Positions 1 through 10,408 of a DNA stretch of 20,000 nt are shown piece by piece. A program made the position numbers and the translations under genes. Each line of letters begins with the position of its first letter. Position 1 is the stretch's first letter. The notes beneath the pieces were generated by a model, which was given only the letters and a program-made list of their open reading frames with translations, did not search any database and was not told the DNA's origin. The stretch is taken from the sequence record DRR378314_790; one strand, 5' to 3'.

Positions 1-86
1 CAAAGGGGTTTGTAGTTAAACCTTTTACACCAAAGAAAATAGCAGCCATGCTGAAAAAGTTTTATCCAGACCTTGAAATAGCCTGA
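1..86 (+). CDS. 3' end of a CheY-like response-regulator receiver-domain protein (partial, starts before window)
   Basis: Frame from nt 3 reads KGFVVKPFTPKKIAAMLKKFYPDLEIA* (TGA 84-86). GFVVKPF is the typical beta5 K-P motif of receiver domains, and the protein ends shortly after it. Not in the ORF track. Confidence 0.75.
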   Translation, partial: KGFVVKPFTPKKIAAMLKKFYPDLEIA

Positions 87-95
87 TTCAGATAC

Positions 96-122
96 AAAAA
101 AACCGGCCAAGGCCGGTTTTTT
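96..122. terminator. Bidirectional intrinsic terminator between the receiver gene and rpsT
   Basis: A7-CCGGCC-AA-GGCCGG-T6 perfect inverted repeat between convergent genes. Confidence 0.9.
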
Positions 123-140
123 ATATTCTACAAAAACAAA

Positions 141-401
141 TTATAGTGCTTTGATCTTAGCAGCTAAACGGCTCTTATGACGAGCAGCTTTGTTTTTGTG
201 AATTAGACCTTTAGTTGCGTAACGGTCTAAAATTGGTGTAGCAACTGCGAAAGCTTGCTGTGCAGCTTCCTTGTCGCCCGCTTCAATAGCAACAACTACT
301 TTTTTGAAGTATGTACGCATCATTGAACGACGGCTTGCGTTATGCTGACGGTTTTTTTCGCTAGTGATAGCGCGTTTTTTTGCAGACTTGATGTTAGCCA
401 A
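141..401 (-). CDS. rpsT: 30S ribosomal protein S20
   Basis: [11 protein letters not shown]...[13 protein letters not shown] signature; TTG start as in E. coli rpsT; AGGAG SD upstream. Confidence 0.99.
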   Translation of the reverse strand: MANIKSAKKRAITSEKNRQHNASRRSMMRTYFKKVVVAIEAGDKEAAQQAFAVATPILDRYATKGLIHKNKAARHKSRLAAKIKAL

Positions 402-440
402 GGTTTGCTCCTAACAATCTTAAAATAAGCTTAATTTAAA

Positions 441-477
441 GGCCGTGGAATATGCCTTTTTTAATCATGATTGTCAA
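441..477 (-). promoter_or_regulatory. sigma70 promoter of rpsT with GC-rich discriminator
   Basis: Minus strand TTGACA (477-472), 17 bp, CATATT (454-449), CCACGGCC; resembles the E. coli rpsT P2 architecture. Confidence 0.75.
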
Positions 478-655
478 TAAAAAATTGACAAAACAAGAAA
501 AACTGCTCCTTTGTAACGAACATCAATTTGCCGCTCTAGCAGTTAATATCCCTATTGTAACAAAGCCCATGCACTGAGCCTAGTGCTTTAGAGCGATTTA
601 TAAAAAAGACTGTGGCATAATTAACTTTCTCATTGGTTTTTAAGCAGGTTTTAGT

Positions 656-2236
656 GTGGCAAAAGGATTATTTCGTTCAGGTATGATTGTAAGTGCAATG
701 ACCATGATTTCGCGTGTTTTAGGTCTTGTGCGTGATGCCGTTGTAGCAAATTTACTGGGTGCTAATGCTGCCGCAGATGTATTTTTATTTGCTAATAGAA
801 TACCTAACTTTTTACGTCGCTTGTTTGCAGAAGGTGCCTTTGCCCAAGCATTTGTGCCTGTATTGTCTGATATTAAAGAGCAACAGGGCGATGATAAAGT
901 CAGGCTTTTTGTTGCTCAAGCCGCAGGCACACTAGGAACCATTTTATTAATTGTCACAGTGTTAGGTGTTATCGCTTCACCCGTGATTGCAGGGTTATTT
1001 GGAGCCGGTTGGTTTATCGATTGGTATCAAGGCAACCCCGACGGTGAAAAGTTCATTCTTGCCAGTGAATTGTTAAAGTGGACATTCCCTTACTTATTTT
1101 TTGTAAGTTTAGTGGCATTAAGTGGTGCAGTTATGAATGTCTACAATCGTTTTGCTGTTGCTGCATTTACACCTGTGTTACTTAATATTTCAATCATTAG
1201 TTGTGCTATGTTATTGCACGATAAATTTAACGTTGGAGCGTATTCACTTGCCATTGGCGTGTTTGTTGGTGGGGTCGTGCAATTATTGTTTCAACTGCCG
1301 TTTTTGTATCGCGCAAAAATGCTTAGTAAGCCCCGCTGGGCTTGGCAAGATAGCAATGTAAAGAAAGTACGTAAACTGATGATTCCAGCGTTGTTTGGTG
1401 TTTCTATTAGCCAAATCAATTTACTACTCGATACCCTGATTGCCTCGCTATTGATGACCGGTTCTATCGCATGGCTGTATTACTCAGATCGATTGATTGA
1501 GTTCCCACTAGGGCTGTTTGGCATTGGTATAGCCACAGTCATCTTACCTGCGTTATCTAAGTTACATAGCACTAAAAGTAGTGGTGATTTTCAGCATACA
1601 CTGGATTGGGGGGTGCGGTTTGTAATTTTTTTAGGTTTGCCCGCAATGGTTGGCTTAATACTTATCAGCCCGTTAATTATTTCAGTGTTGTTCGATCATG
1701 GTGCTTTTAAAAATGGTGAGGTTGACCATGTGCACGCGGTAAGCTTGGGCGTTACAGCTTATTCGGTTGGCCTGGTGAGCTTTATGTTGATTAAAGTTCT
1801 AGCGCCAGGTTTTTATGCTCGCCAAGATACCAAAACCCCCGTTCGAATTGGTATTATTACGCTCGTACTTAATATGGTTTTCAATATAATGCTTGCCCCA
1901 TTTATTGGTTATTTGGGGCTTGCTTTGGCCACTTCAATGTCCGCTAGTTGCAATGCTTACTTGCTATATAGACAATTGAAGAAAGAAAAAGTATACAGCT
2001 TTTCAAGTTTTAGTAGTTGGTTTACCGTTAAGTGTCTTATTTCTAGTGCGGTCATGGGATTGAGTGTTTGGTATATTTCAAACCAGTTTTTATGGCGTGA
2101 GTGGCACTTTAGTCAACAAGTTGTTTTACTATGCAGCCTATTAGCGCTAGCAGGGGCTGCCTATTTCTTGTCGATGTTTTTGCTAGGTGTAAGACTAAAT
2201 ACGATAAAAAACGTAGCAACTACTGAATCAAATTAA
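656..2236 (+). CDS. murJ: Lipid II flippase MurJ (MviN)
   Basis: SRVLGLVRD, RIPNFLRRLFAEGAF, DRLIEFPLG and FYARQDTKTPV motifs; many TM helices; GTG start; rpsT-murJ-ribF synteny. Confidence 0.97.
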   Translation: MAKGLFRSGMIVSAMTMISRVLGLVRDAVVANLLGANAAADVFLFANRIPNFLRRLFAEGAFAQAFVPVLSDIKEQQGDDKVRLFVAQAAGTLGTILLIVTVLGVIASPVIAGLFGAGWFIDWYQGNPDGEKFILASELLKWTFPYLFFVSLVALSGAVMNVYNRFAVAAFTPVLLNISIISCAMLLHDKFNVGAYSLAIGVFVGGVVQLLFQLPFLYRAKMLSKPRWAWQDSNVKKVRKLMIPALFGVSISQINLLLDTLIASLLMTGSIAWLYYSDRLIEFPLGLFGIGIATVILPALSKLHSTKSSGDFQHTLDWGVRFVIFLGLPAMVGLILISPLIISVLFDHGAFKNGEVDHVHAVSLGVTAYSVGLVSFMLIKVLAPGFYARQDTKTPVRIGIITLVLNMVFNIMLAPFIGYLGLALATSMSASCNAYLLYRQLKKEKVYSFSSFSSWFTVKCLISSAVMGLSVWYISNQFLWREWHFSQQVVLLCSLLALAGAAYFLSMFLLGVRLNTIKNVATTESN

Positions 2237-2245
2237 AAAAAAGAT

Positions 2246-2256
2246 TATAATCGGCC
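2246..2256 (+). promoter_or_regulatory. Putative -10 element and GC discriminator for the ribF-ileS operon
   Basis: Consensus TATAAT (2246-2251) followed by CGGCC, about 58 nt before the ribF start; -35 weak. Confidence 0.5.
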
Positions 2257-2309
2257 ATTCTACGGCTGAAATAAATTTTCGGGCGGGTTAGCAAAGGCAA
2301 TTAGGTGGT

Positions 2310-3236
2310 ATGGAGTTAATTAGAGGTATTCACAACATTCGTACGCAGCATAACGGCTGTGTATTAACCATTGGTAATTTTGATGGTGTTCATTTAGGTC
2401 ATGCCGAAGTTTTAAAAGGCTTGCTGAAAGACGCTAAAAAGCATAATTTGCCAAGCACAGTGATGTTATTCGAACCCCAGCCGCAAGAATTTTTTGCAAA
2501 AAATAACGCACCTGCTCGACTTACACGTTTACGTGATAAACTTAAGCTGCTAGATAATCTTGGTATTGAACGCGTTATTTGTATTAGTTTTAATCAACAA
2601 TTTGCGAACATGCAAGCAGAGCAGTTTGTTAGTGAAATTTTGATTAATAAGTTAGGCGTAAAAGCATTAACTGTGGGTGATGACTTTAGATTTGGTAAAC
2701 AGCGTAGAGGTAACTTTAAGTTACTTACCCAAATGGGTGAAGCTGCGCAAATGGACGTGAAAAGCACTGCGAGTTTTCGTCAATTAAATGCTAGAGTAAG
2801 CAGCACATTAATACGTGAAGCATTGGCTAACGGTGAACTTGGGCAAGCAAAATTAATGCTTGGTCATAACTACGCTATTTCAGGGCGAGTTATTCATGGT
2901 TGGAAACGTGGTCGAGAGCTTGGCTTTAGAACTGCTAACATAGCTTTAAAGCGCCAAGTATGCCCTGTAAACGGGGTGTTTGCAGTGCAAATAACACTGG
3001 GTGATAAAACACTGCATGGGGTTGCAAACATTGGTAACAAGCCCACATTTAATGGAACACGCGCATTATTAGAGGTACATTTATTTAGTTTTGCGCAAGA
3101 TATTTACGGACAGTTTATGCATGTGGAGTTAATAAAAAAACTTCGCGATGAGCAAAAATTCGAGACATTAACACAATTGACGGCACAAATAGCAACTGAT
3201 GTTGCTGCCGCTAAACAGTGTTTTGGTTTAAATTAG
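2310..3236 (+). CDS. ribF: Bifunctional riboflavin kinase/FAD synthetase
   Basis: TIGNFDGVHLGH, VGDDFRFG, VSSTLIR, GRELGFRTAN and LEVHL motifs. Confidence 0.98.
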   Translation: MELIRGIHNIRTQHNGCVLTIGNFDGVHLGHAEVLKGLLKDAKKHNLPSTVMLFEPQPQEFFAKNNAPARLTRLRDKLKLLDNLGIERVICISFNQQFANMQAEQFVSEILINKLGVKALTVGDDFRFGKQRRGNFKLLTQMGEAAQMDVKSTASFRQLNARVSSTLIREALANGELGQAKLMLGHNYAISGRVIHGWKRGRELGFRTANIALKRQVCPVNGVFAVQITLGDKTLHGVANIGNKPTFNGTRALLEVHLFSFAQDIYGQFMHVELIKKLRDEQKFETLTQLTAQIATDVAAAKQCFGLN

Positions 3237-3261
3237 GTAGCCGATACGGAAAGTAGGATTA

Positions 3262-6090
3262 ATGAGCGACTACAAACATACTTTGAATTTACCGGAAACA
3301 ATGTTTCCAATGCGCGGCAATTTGGCACAACGTGAACCAAAAATGCTTAAAACATGGTATGAAGACGACCTATACGGTCAAATTCGCAACGCTAAAAAAG
3401 GTAAGAAAACTTTTATTTTGCATGACGGTCCTCCGTATGCAAACGGCGATATCCATTTAGGCCATTCAGTTAATAAAATATTAAAAGACATTATTGTTAA
3501 GGCAAAAACGTTGTCTGACTTCGATGCCCCTTATGTACCAGGTTGGGACTGTCATGGTCTTCCAATTGAACTAATGGTTGAGAAGAAAGTTGGTAAGCCT
3601 GGCGTTAAAGTAACTGCGAGCGAATTTCGTGAAAAATGCCGTGCTTACGCTAAAAAGCAAGTTGAAGGCCAAAAGGTTGATTTTAAACGCTTAGGTGTTT
3701 TTGCCGATTGGGATAAACCTTACTTAACAATGAATTTTGATTTTGAAGCCAACGCTATTCGCGTGCTTGGTCGCATTATCGAAAAAGGCCATTTACACAA
3801 AGGTGCAAAGCCGGTTCATTGGTGCACAGATTGTGGTTCAGCATTAGCTGAAGCAGAAGTAGAATACCAAGATAAACAATCACCCGCTATTGACGTACGC
3901 TTTGAGTTTACTGATCAAGCCGCGGTCGTAAACGCATTTGATTTAAAAGCAGGTCATGAAGGTACTGGTACGGTAAGTACAGCTATCTGGACAACAACAC
4001 CATGGACGCTACCAGCTAACCGAGCTGTTGCTGTTCATGCTGACCTAGAGTATGCCCTTGTTCAAGTTGACGATGAAGGCGCGCAGCAGCGTTTGATCTT
4101 AGGCTCAGAGCTTGTCAAAGATGCCATGGATCGTTATGGCTTTAATCATTACCACGTTTTGGGTTATGTAAAAGGTGCTGCAATTGAGAACTTACACGTT
4201 GCGCATCCATTTTATGACTTTAACGTGCCTGTTATTGTTGCTGAACACGTAACCACAGATTCTGGTACAGGTATTGTTCATACAGCACCAGGACATGGTC
4301 AGGAAGATTTCGTGGCAGGTTTACAGTACGGCCTAGAAGTTGCCAATCCGGTGGGTGCTAATGGCGTATATCTACCTGATACAGAGTTATTTGCAGGTCA
4401 GCATGTATTTAAAGCTAATGCGAGCGTTATAGATGTGCTTACTGAGCGAAATGCGCTAATGCATCACCATGCACTAACACATAGCTACCCGCATTGCTGG
4501 CGTCATAAAACGCCAATTATTTTCCGTGCTACGCCACAATGGTTTGTCAGCATGGATCAGGCTAATTTGCGTCAAGACTCGTTATCTGAAATTAAAAATA
4601 CCCAGTGGTTACCTGAGTGGGGCGAAAGCCGCATTGCTAACATGGTAGAAGGGCGTCCTGACTGGTGTATTTCACGCCAACGTACGTGGGGTGTGCCAAT
4701 TGCTTTATTTGTTGATAAAGACACTGGTGCATTGCACCCTAATACGCAATCACTGATTGAAGAAGCTGCTAAACTGGTTGAAAAATCAGGTATTCAAGCT
4801 TGGTATGACTTAGACCCTGCAACACTATTAGGTGAAGCTGATGCTCAGCAATACATGAAAGTGCAAGATACACTTGATGTATGGTTTGACTCAGGCGTGA
4901 CACATGCTTGTGTTGTTGATGCACGTGAAGAGTTAACTGGCCCAGCTGATTTATACCTAGAGGGATCGGATCAGCATCGAGGTTGGTTTATGTCATCAAT
5001 GATGACGTCAGTTGCAATTAATGGTCATGCACCTTATCGCCAAGTACTTACGCACGGTTTCACCGTGGATGAGAATGGTCGTAAGATGTCAAAATCATTA
5101 GGCAATGTTATTTCTCCGCAAAATGTGATGAACAAACTAGGGGCTGATATTTTACGCTTGTGGGTTGCTTCAACGGATTACACTGCTGAAATGACCGTCT
5201 CTGATGAAATTTTTAAGCGTTCAGCAGATCGTTACCGTCGCATTCGTAACACCAGCCGCTACTTATTGGCTAACTTAAGTGGCTTTGATCCAAAAACAGA
5301 TCAAGTTGCTATTGAAGACATGGTTGAGCTCGACCGTTGGATTGTGAGTCGTGCGGCACAGCTACAAGATGAAATTGTCACGGCTTATGATAGCTACCAA
5401 ATGCTACAAGTGACGCAAAAGCTGATGAACTTCTGTACAGGTGAGCTTGGTTCGTTCTACTTGGATGTAATCAAAGACCGTCAATACACAGCTAAAAGTG
5501 ACAGCCACGCTCGTCGCTCTTGTCAAACTGCGCTTTATCATATTGCAGAGGCAATGACGCGCTGGATGGCACCAATAATGAGCTTTACAGCTCAAGAAAT
5601 TTGGGAAGCTTTACCTGGTGAACGTGGGCAATACGTGTTTACGTCGGTTTGGTATGATGGCTTAGAGGCAGTAAGTGAAGGTCAGTTTAGTAATGATGAT
5701 TGGCTCACTATCTTAACTGTTCGTGATGAAGTGAACCGCGTTCTAGAAGCTGCACGTAAAGAAGAAACTATAGGTGCAACATTACAAGCAGATGTAAGCA
5801 TTTATACGACAGCAGAGCTTGCTCAAAAGCTAGCCGCTTTAGGTGATGAGTTACGCTTTGTATTATTAACATCAAAGGTAACGGTTACAGTAGTCGATGC
5901 ACAGCCTGATGAGACTCATGCAACTGAAATCGAAGGGTTATACATTAGCGTTGCGACAACGGATGCACAAAAGTGTGAACGTTGTTGGCATTACTGTGAT
6001 GATGTAGGAAGTAATCCTGCTCATCCTGAAATCTGTGGTCGTTGTGTAAGCAACGTAGATGGCGAAGGCGAAACTCGTCAATTCGCATAG
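3262..6090 (+). CDS. ileS: Isoleucine--tRNA ligase (type 1)
   Basis: [15 protein letters not shown] (HIGH), WTTTPWT editing motif, KMSKS, C-terminal CERCW...CGRC zinc site. Confidence 0.99.
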   Translation: MSDYKHTLNLPETMFPMRGNLAQREPKMLKTWYEDDLYGQIRNAKKGKKTFILHDGPPYANGDIHLGHSVNKILKDIIVKAKTLSDFDAPYVPGWDCHGLPIELMVEKKVGKPGVKVTASEFREKCRAYAKKQVEGQKVDFKRLGVFADWDKPYLTMNFDFEANAIRVLGRIIEKGHLHKGAKPVHWCTDCGSALAEAEVEYQDKQSPAIDVRFEFTDQAAVVNAFDLKAGHEGTGTVSTAIWTTTPWTLPANRAVAVHADLEYALVQVDDEGAQQRLILGSELVKDAMDRYGFNHYHVLGYVKGAAIENLHVAHPFYDFNVPVIVAEHVTTDSGTGIVHTAPGHGQEDFVAGLQYGLEVANPVGANGVYLPDTELFAGQHVFKANASVIDVLTERNALMHHHALTHSYPHCWRHKTPIIFRATPQWFVSMDQANLRQDSLSEIKNTQWLPEWGESRIANMVEGRPDWCISRQRTWGVPIALFVDKDTGALHPNTQSLIEEAAKLVEKSGIQAWYDLDPATLLGEADAQQYMKVQDTLDVWFDSGVTHACVVDAREELTGPADLYLEGSDQHRGWFMSSMMTSVAINGHAPYRQVLTHGFTVDENGRKMSKSLGNVISPQNVMNKLGADILRLWVASTDYTAEMTVSDEIFKRSADRYRRIRNTSRYLLANLSGFDPKTDQVAIEDMVELDRWIVSRAAQLQDEIVTAYDSYQMLQVTQKLMNFCTGELGSFYLDVIKDRQYTAKSDSHARRSCQTALYHIAEAMTRWMAPIMSFTAQEIWEALPGERGQYVFTSVWYDGLEAVSEGQFSNDDWLTILTVRDEVNRVLEAARKEETIGATLQADVSIYTTAELAQKLAALGDELRFVLLTSKVTVTVVDAQPDETHATEIEGLYISVATTDAQKCERCWHYCDDVGSNPAHPEICGRCVSNVDGEGETRQFA

Positions 6091-6099
6091 GAGTAGTAA

Positions 6100-6600
6100 G
6101 TGAGCAAGCTAGCCCAAAAAAGTGGTTTAGTGTGGCTTTGGTTGAGTCTGCTATTTTTAGTAGCAGACTTCGCTAGTAAAACACTGGTCGTGAATACTAT
6201 GAATCTTAGAGATTCAATTGATATCTTACCGTTTTTTAATCTAACTTATGTACATAACTACGGTGCGGCATTTAGTTTTTTGAGTGACGAAAGCGGTTGG
6301 CAGCGTTGGTTTTTAAGTGCAATCGCAATCACGATTAGCGCACTATTAATTTGGTGGTTAAAACGCTTGCCTGCATCAAATAAAGTCTTGTGTGGTGCTT
6401 ATTCTTTAGTATTAGCTGGCGCGATAGGTAATCTTTACGATCGTATGTATTACGGCTACGTTATCGACTTTTTACATTTCTATTATGAAAACTGGCACTT
6501 CCCTGCGTTCAATATTGCTGATAGCGCAATTTGTGTCGGTGCTGCGTTGTTATTATTTGATGCCTTTACTGGCGAAAGTCCAAAGGAGCATAAAGCATGA
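6100..6600 (+). CDS. lspA: Lipoprotein signal peptidase II
   Basis: NYGAAFS, GAIGNLYDR, VIDF and FNIADSAI motifs; follows ileS; GTG start. Confidence 0.98.
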   Translation: MSKLAQKSGLVWLWLSLLFLVADFASKTLVVNTMNLRDSIDILPFFNLTYVHNYGAAFSFLSDESGWQRWFLSAIAITISALLIWWLKRLPASNKVLCGAYSLVLAGAIGNLYDRMYYGYVIDFLHFYYENWHFPAFNIADSAICVGAALLLFDAFTGESPKEHKA

Positions 6601-7055
6601 GCCAAACAGTTATTACTGAAAACTCAGAAGTCATTTTTCATTTTTCAATAAAGCTATCTGATGGCTCTGCGGCTGACTCGACCAAGGTCCATAACAAGCC
6701 AGCAAAGCTTGTGATGGGGGATGGTAGCTTAACTGCTAATTTTGAAAAGTGTTTATTTGGTTTAGCACCAGGCGATAGTAAATCATTTGAACTAGAGCCT
6801 GAAGACGCGTTTGGTCAGCCAAACCCAGATAACATTTATTATGTTGACCGTAGCAAATTTGGTTCTGAGACTCCTGCGACTGTTGGTTCTATTATTGCGT
6901 TTACTCAACCTGATGGTACCGAGTTACCAGGACTTGTTCGTGAAGTGCAAGGCGAGTCAGTTACTATCGACTTTAATCATCCTCTTGCAGGTCAGAAACT
7001 GACTTTTGAAGTGGAAATTTTAGAAGTTGATAATACGGCTAAGGTAAGTGATTAA
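6597..7055 (+). CDS. fkpB: FKBP-type peptidyl-prolyl isomerase (SlpA/FkpB)
   Basis: LEPEDAFG and IDFNHPLAG motifs; conserved position between lspA and ispH. Confidence 0.93.
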   Translation: MSQTVITENSEVIFHFSIKLSDGSAADSTKVHNKPAKLVMGDGSLTANFEKCLFGLAPGDSKSFELEPEDAFGQPNPDNIYYVDRSKFGSETPATVGSIIAFTQPDGTELPGLVREVQGESVTIDFNHPLAGQKLTFEVEILEVDNTAKVSD

Positions 7056-7984
7056 TGGATATTTTATTAGCTAACCCGCGTGGTTTTTGTGCCGGTGTTG
7101 ACCGTGCTATTAGCATTGTAGAGCGCGCGCTGGATATTTTTGAAAAACCAATTTATGTACGTCATGAAGTTGTTCATAACCGTTATGTAGTGGATGGTTT
7201 AAAGCGGCGCGGCGCGGTATTTGTTGAAGAACTCGATCAAGTGCCTGACGACAGTATTGTTATCTTTAGTGCTCACGGTGTATCGCAAGCTGTTCGCAGC
7301 GAGGCTAAGCGTCGAGAATTAAAAGTATTTGATGCAACCTGCCCACTTGTTACTAAAGTGCATATGGAAGTAACTCGTGCAAGTAGAAAGGGTACTGAGT
7401 GTGTGCTTATTGGTCATCATGGGCACCCCGAAGTTGAAGGCACAATGGGGCAATATGACAGCAGTGAAGGCGGTATCTATCTTGTCGAAACTGTTGAGGA
7501 TGTCGCTAACCTAACAGTTAAAAACCCTGATAATTTATTTTACTGTAGCCAAACAACACTCTCGGTTGATGACACTGCAGATGTTATTGACGCACTGCGT
7601 GTTAAGTACCCTGTCATTGATGGCCCAAGAAAAGATGACATATGTTATGCCACACAAAATCGTCAAGATGCTGTGCGTGATTTAGCAGATAAAGTAGATG
7701 TGCTTTTAGTTGTGGGTGCCAAAAACAGCTCAAACTCTAATCGCTTACGTGAACTTGCTGATAAAATGGGCACAGTGGCTTATTTGATTGACGATGCAAG
7801 CAGTGTTGAAGATGCATGGTTTGACGGTACAAATAGCGTTGGTGTTACAGCAGGCGCATCAGCGCCTGAGGTGCTTGTACAACAAGTTATTAGTCGTTTA
7901 AAAGAACTCGGTGGCAAACAGGTAATAGAAAATCCAGGCGAAGAGGAAAATATCGTATTCGCTGTACCTGTGGAGTTACGTTAA
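7055..7984 (+). CDS. ispH: 4-hydroxy-3-methylbut-2-enyl diphosphate reductase
   Basis: [24 protein letters not shown] (three Fe-S Cys), NSSNS, TAGASAP. Confidence 0.99.
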   Translation: MDILLANPRGFCAGVDRAISIVERALDIFEKPIYVRHEVVHNRYVVDGLKRRGAVFVEELDQVPDDSIVIFSAHGVSQAVRSEAKRRELKVFDATCPLVTKVHMEVTRASRKGTECVLIGHHGHPEVEGTMGQYDSSEGGIYLVETVEDVANLTVKNPDNLFYCSQTTLSVDDTADVIDALRVKYPVIDGPRKDDICYATQNRQDAVRDLADKVDVLLVVGAKNSSNSNRLRELADKMGTVAYLIDDASSVEDAWFDGTNSVGVTAGASAPEVLVQQVISRLKELGGKQVIENPGEEENIVFAVPVELR

Positions 7985-8013
7985 TTACGTAAATATGCAA
8001 AGGAGAAGGTCCA

Positions 8014-9045
8014 ATGAGCAAGTCAATGCAACCCAATGCGTTGCTTTTTGGACCTCTTTTTACTGAAAGAGGTGTACTTGCTACGTTAGTGGTTGGTCAA
8101 GTTATTGCAACGATACTTGCCTTTGCCCCCACAGCATCACATGGTACTTGGGTTCGTCTTGGAATTATCAGCCTTTTTATACAGCTTACCTTTCTACTTA
8201 GCCTGAGTGCGCTTTATCTAACACGTAACCTACTGAGTAGGCATTCTCAACTTGTACAAAGCATAAGCTTATTTTTGTCATTAATTATGACTACCATACT
8301 AATGAGTATATTAGCTATTACCATGATTGACGGTATCGTCGATATTGCAAAGCCATGGATATTTGTATCTCATAATTTGTTGATTGTATTTTTAGTTGCC
8401 TGTTTATTTGTTCAATTTCTGACAATATATTTTGAAAAACACAAGCAAACACAATCACTTGCAAGAGCCGAGCTAGATGCATTACAAGCCCGTATTCGTC
8501 CACATTTTTTATATAATAGCCTCAATACCGCTGCAGAGCTAACACAGTGCGATCCAGACGCAGCAGAGAATGCTATTTTAGCGTTAGCTGCATTATCACA
8601 AGCAGCTCTCAAAGCAGGTAAAGGAGTAACACTACAAGATGAAATAGCTCTGACGAAGCAATATATTAGCCTTGAAAGTTGGCGTTTTGGTGAACGATTA
8701 AAAGTCAATTGGGAATTGCCAGATTCACTTCCTGATATCAGTATTCCTTGTTTAACGTTGCAGCCGATAATCGAAAATGCAATTTGTTACGGGGTAGAGC
8801 CATTTTCAAAAGGTTCGCAAATAAATGTTCTATCAAATGTGAGTAAGCAGTCCATCACGTTTTTAGTTGAAAACCAGATACCAACAACAGAGCATGAGCG
8901 TACAGGAAATGGCATGGCACTTGATAATATTCGTCAGCGTTTAAACTTGTATTATAAAGGTAGAGCTACATTGAATATAAGTGCTCGCAATTCGACCTTT
9001 AGAGTTAAGCTGGTACTTCCGTTGTTCAGTGAGAGGAAAGTATGA
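8014..9045 (+). CDS. LytS-type membrane sensor histidine kinase, FimS/AlgZ-like
   Basis: About four N-terminal TM segments; LQARIRPHFLYNSLN H-box (His164); LQPIIENAICYG N-box; GNGMALDNIRQRL G2-like box; overlaps a LytTR regulator gene by 4 nt. Confidence 0.88.
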   Translation: MSKSMQPNALLFGPLFTERGVLATLVVGQVIATILAFAPTASHGTWVRLGIISLFIQLTFLLSLSALYLTRNLLSRHSQLVQSISLFLSLIMTTILMSILAITMIDGIVDIAKPWIFVSHNLLIVFLVACLFVQFLTIYFEKHKQTQSLARAELDALQARIRPHFLYNSLNTAAELTQCDPDAAENAILALAALSQAALKAGKGVTLQDEIALTKQYISLESWRFGERLKVNWELPDSLPDISIPCLTLQPIIENAICYGVEPFSKGSQINVLSNVSKQSITFLVENQIPTTEHERTGNGMALDNIRQRLNLYYKGRATLNISARNSTFRVKLVLPLFSERKV

Positions 9046-9764
9046 AGGCACTGATAGTAGATGACGAACCGTTAGCGAGAATAAGAGTTCAGCGCTTGCT
9101 AAGTAATATGAGTGAATATTCAGCTTTTGAACAAGCTTGTAATGGTCAAGAAGCGCTGGAGTTGGCCAATTCTTTTAGTCCTGACATTGTGTTTTTAGAT
9201 ATTGATATGCCCCAAATGAGTGGTTTAGAAGTGGCTGAAAAACTGAATGAGTTTACTCTTCCGCCAGCAGTTGTATTTATTACTGCACACCCTGAGCATG
9301 CACTAGATGCACTGCAATTATCAGCAGTTGGGTATTTAGTTAAGCCTGTTACCAAAGATTCAGTTGAAAAGCTAACTGCCCAGTTAGGCCGGTTAAATCG
9401 GGCGCATCTTCAAGCCCAAAGATCTAAATCAATCAGCTATCAAAGTGGCGGCACTATTAAAACAGTCCAAATTCAAGATGTATATTTTCTGTCTGCTGAG
9501 GATAAATATACCCGTATAGTATTTAGTGGAGGAGAGGCATTAATCGATCAAAGTTTAAAGCAAATAGAACAAGACTATCCATCCTCCTTCTTGAGGACTC
9601 ATCGTAAAGTACTGGCGAATAAAGAACGAATTTCGGCATTAAAAACACATAGCGATGGAACACATACAGTACAAATTAATGGTTGTGCACACGAATTGGT
9701 AGTGAGTAGGCGTGAATATAAAGTTGTTAAATCTTTTCTATCGAAAGTACCGTTTATCAGGTAA
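9042..9764 (+). CDS. LytTR-family response regulator, AlgR-like
   Basis: Receiver domain IVDDEPLAR, FLDIDMP (phospho-Asp), FITAH, YLVKP; C-terminal LytTR motifs FLRTHRK and VSRR. Confidence 0.92.
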   Translation: MKALIVDDEPLARIRVQRLLSNMSEYSAFEQACNGQEALELANSFSPDIVFLDIDMPQMSGLEVAEKLNEFTLPPAVVFITAHPEHALDALQLSAVGYLVKPVTKDSVEKLTAQLGRLNRAHLQAQRSKSISYQSGGTIKTVQIQDVYFLSAEDKYTRIVFSGGEALIDQSLKQIEQDYPSSFLRTHRKVLANKERISALKTHSDGTHTVQINGCAHELVVSRREYKVVKSFLSKVPFIR

Positions 9765-9778
9765 TTTTACCGCTCATC
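9748..9778 (+). promoter_or_regulatory. Putative tandem LytTR/AlgR binding boxes
   Basis: TACCGTTTATC (9748-9758) and TACCGCTCATC (9768-9778): direct repeat, 9/11 identical, 20-bp period; each is 8/10 to the AlgR site ACCGTTCGTC. Confidence 0.6.
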
Positions 9779-9788
9779 TACCTACCTC

Positions 9789-9816
9789 TTGTATTTCAAA
9801 TAAGGTCAATTAATCT
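9789..9816 (+). promoter_or_regulatory. Putative sigma70 promoter for the pilV operon
   Basis: TTGTAT (9789-9794), 16 bp, TAATCT (9811-9816), 10 bp downstream of the second LytTR box. Confidence 0.4.
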
Positions 9817-9844
9817 TACTGTAAGTAATTTTTTTGGCGCTATT

Positions 9845-10408
9845 ATGTCTAATTTATCACCTAAATCGATACGCGGTTTCACTTTAGTAGAAGTGTTAAT
9901 TGCGTTTATAATTTTAAGCTTTGGACTATTGGGTGCAGTGGCATTGCAGGCAAAAGCAAAGCAAGCAAGCTTTGATGCTATGCAGCGCTCAGCAGCAATA
10001 GCACTTGGCAATGATATTATTCAGCGGATGCGTGCAAATGACGATGCAGGATTAACAGCGCGCTATAATGGTAACTTTACAAGTGATGACAAATTAAACA
10101 AACAGTTACGCTGCTATTCAAATGTGTGTACGGCCGCTGAAATTGCAGCACTTGATAAGCAACAATGGATTCGCGCAATTCAAGCACGTGAGAACACAGG
10201 TGCGCTTGATGATGCAACAGTGTGTATTAACAACCAAGCTGATGCTGCAAGGGGCAGTAACGCATTTAACCTTGAAGTAATCATTAGTTGGCAAGGGCGC
10301 CAAGAATATACTGCTACTGGTGACACCGCAGCGATTAAATGTGGTGCCAACAATAAAAAGCGCAGAGTCGTTGTGCTAACAAGTTTTATGTATTTGAGGG
10401 CATCTTAA
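9845..10408 (+). CDS. pilV: Type IV pilus minor pilin PilV
   Basis: Class III signal IRG|FTLVEVLIA with E5; GLLGAVALQ and DIIQRMRAN PilV-like segments; first gene of the V-W-X-Y1-E array. Confidence 0.9.
   Translation: MSNLSPKSIRGFTLVEVLIAFIILSFGLLGAVALQAKAKQASFDAMQRSAAIALGNDIIQRMRANDDAGLTARYNGNFTSDDKLNKQLRCYSNVCTAAEIAALDKQQWIRAIQARENTGALDDATVCINNQADAARGSNAFNLEVIISWQGRQEYTATGDTAAIKCGANNKKRRVVVLTSFMYLRAS

Noticed and set aside
399-401. TTG start of rpsT as an anomaly
   Set aside because: A UUG start is a known conserved feature of rpsT
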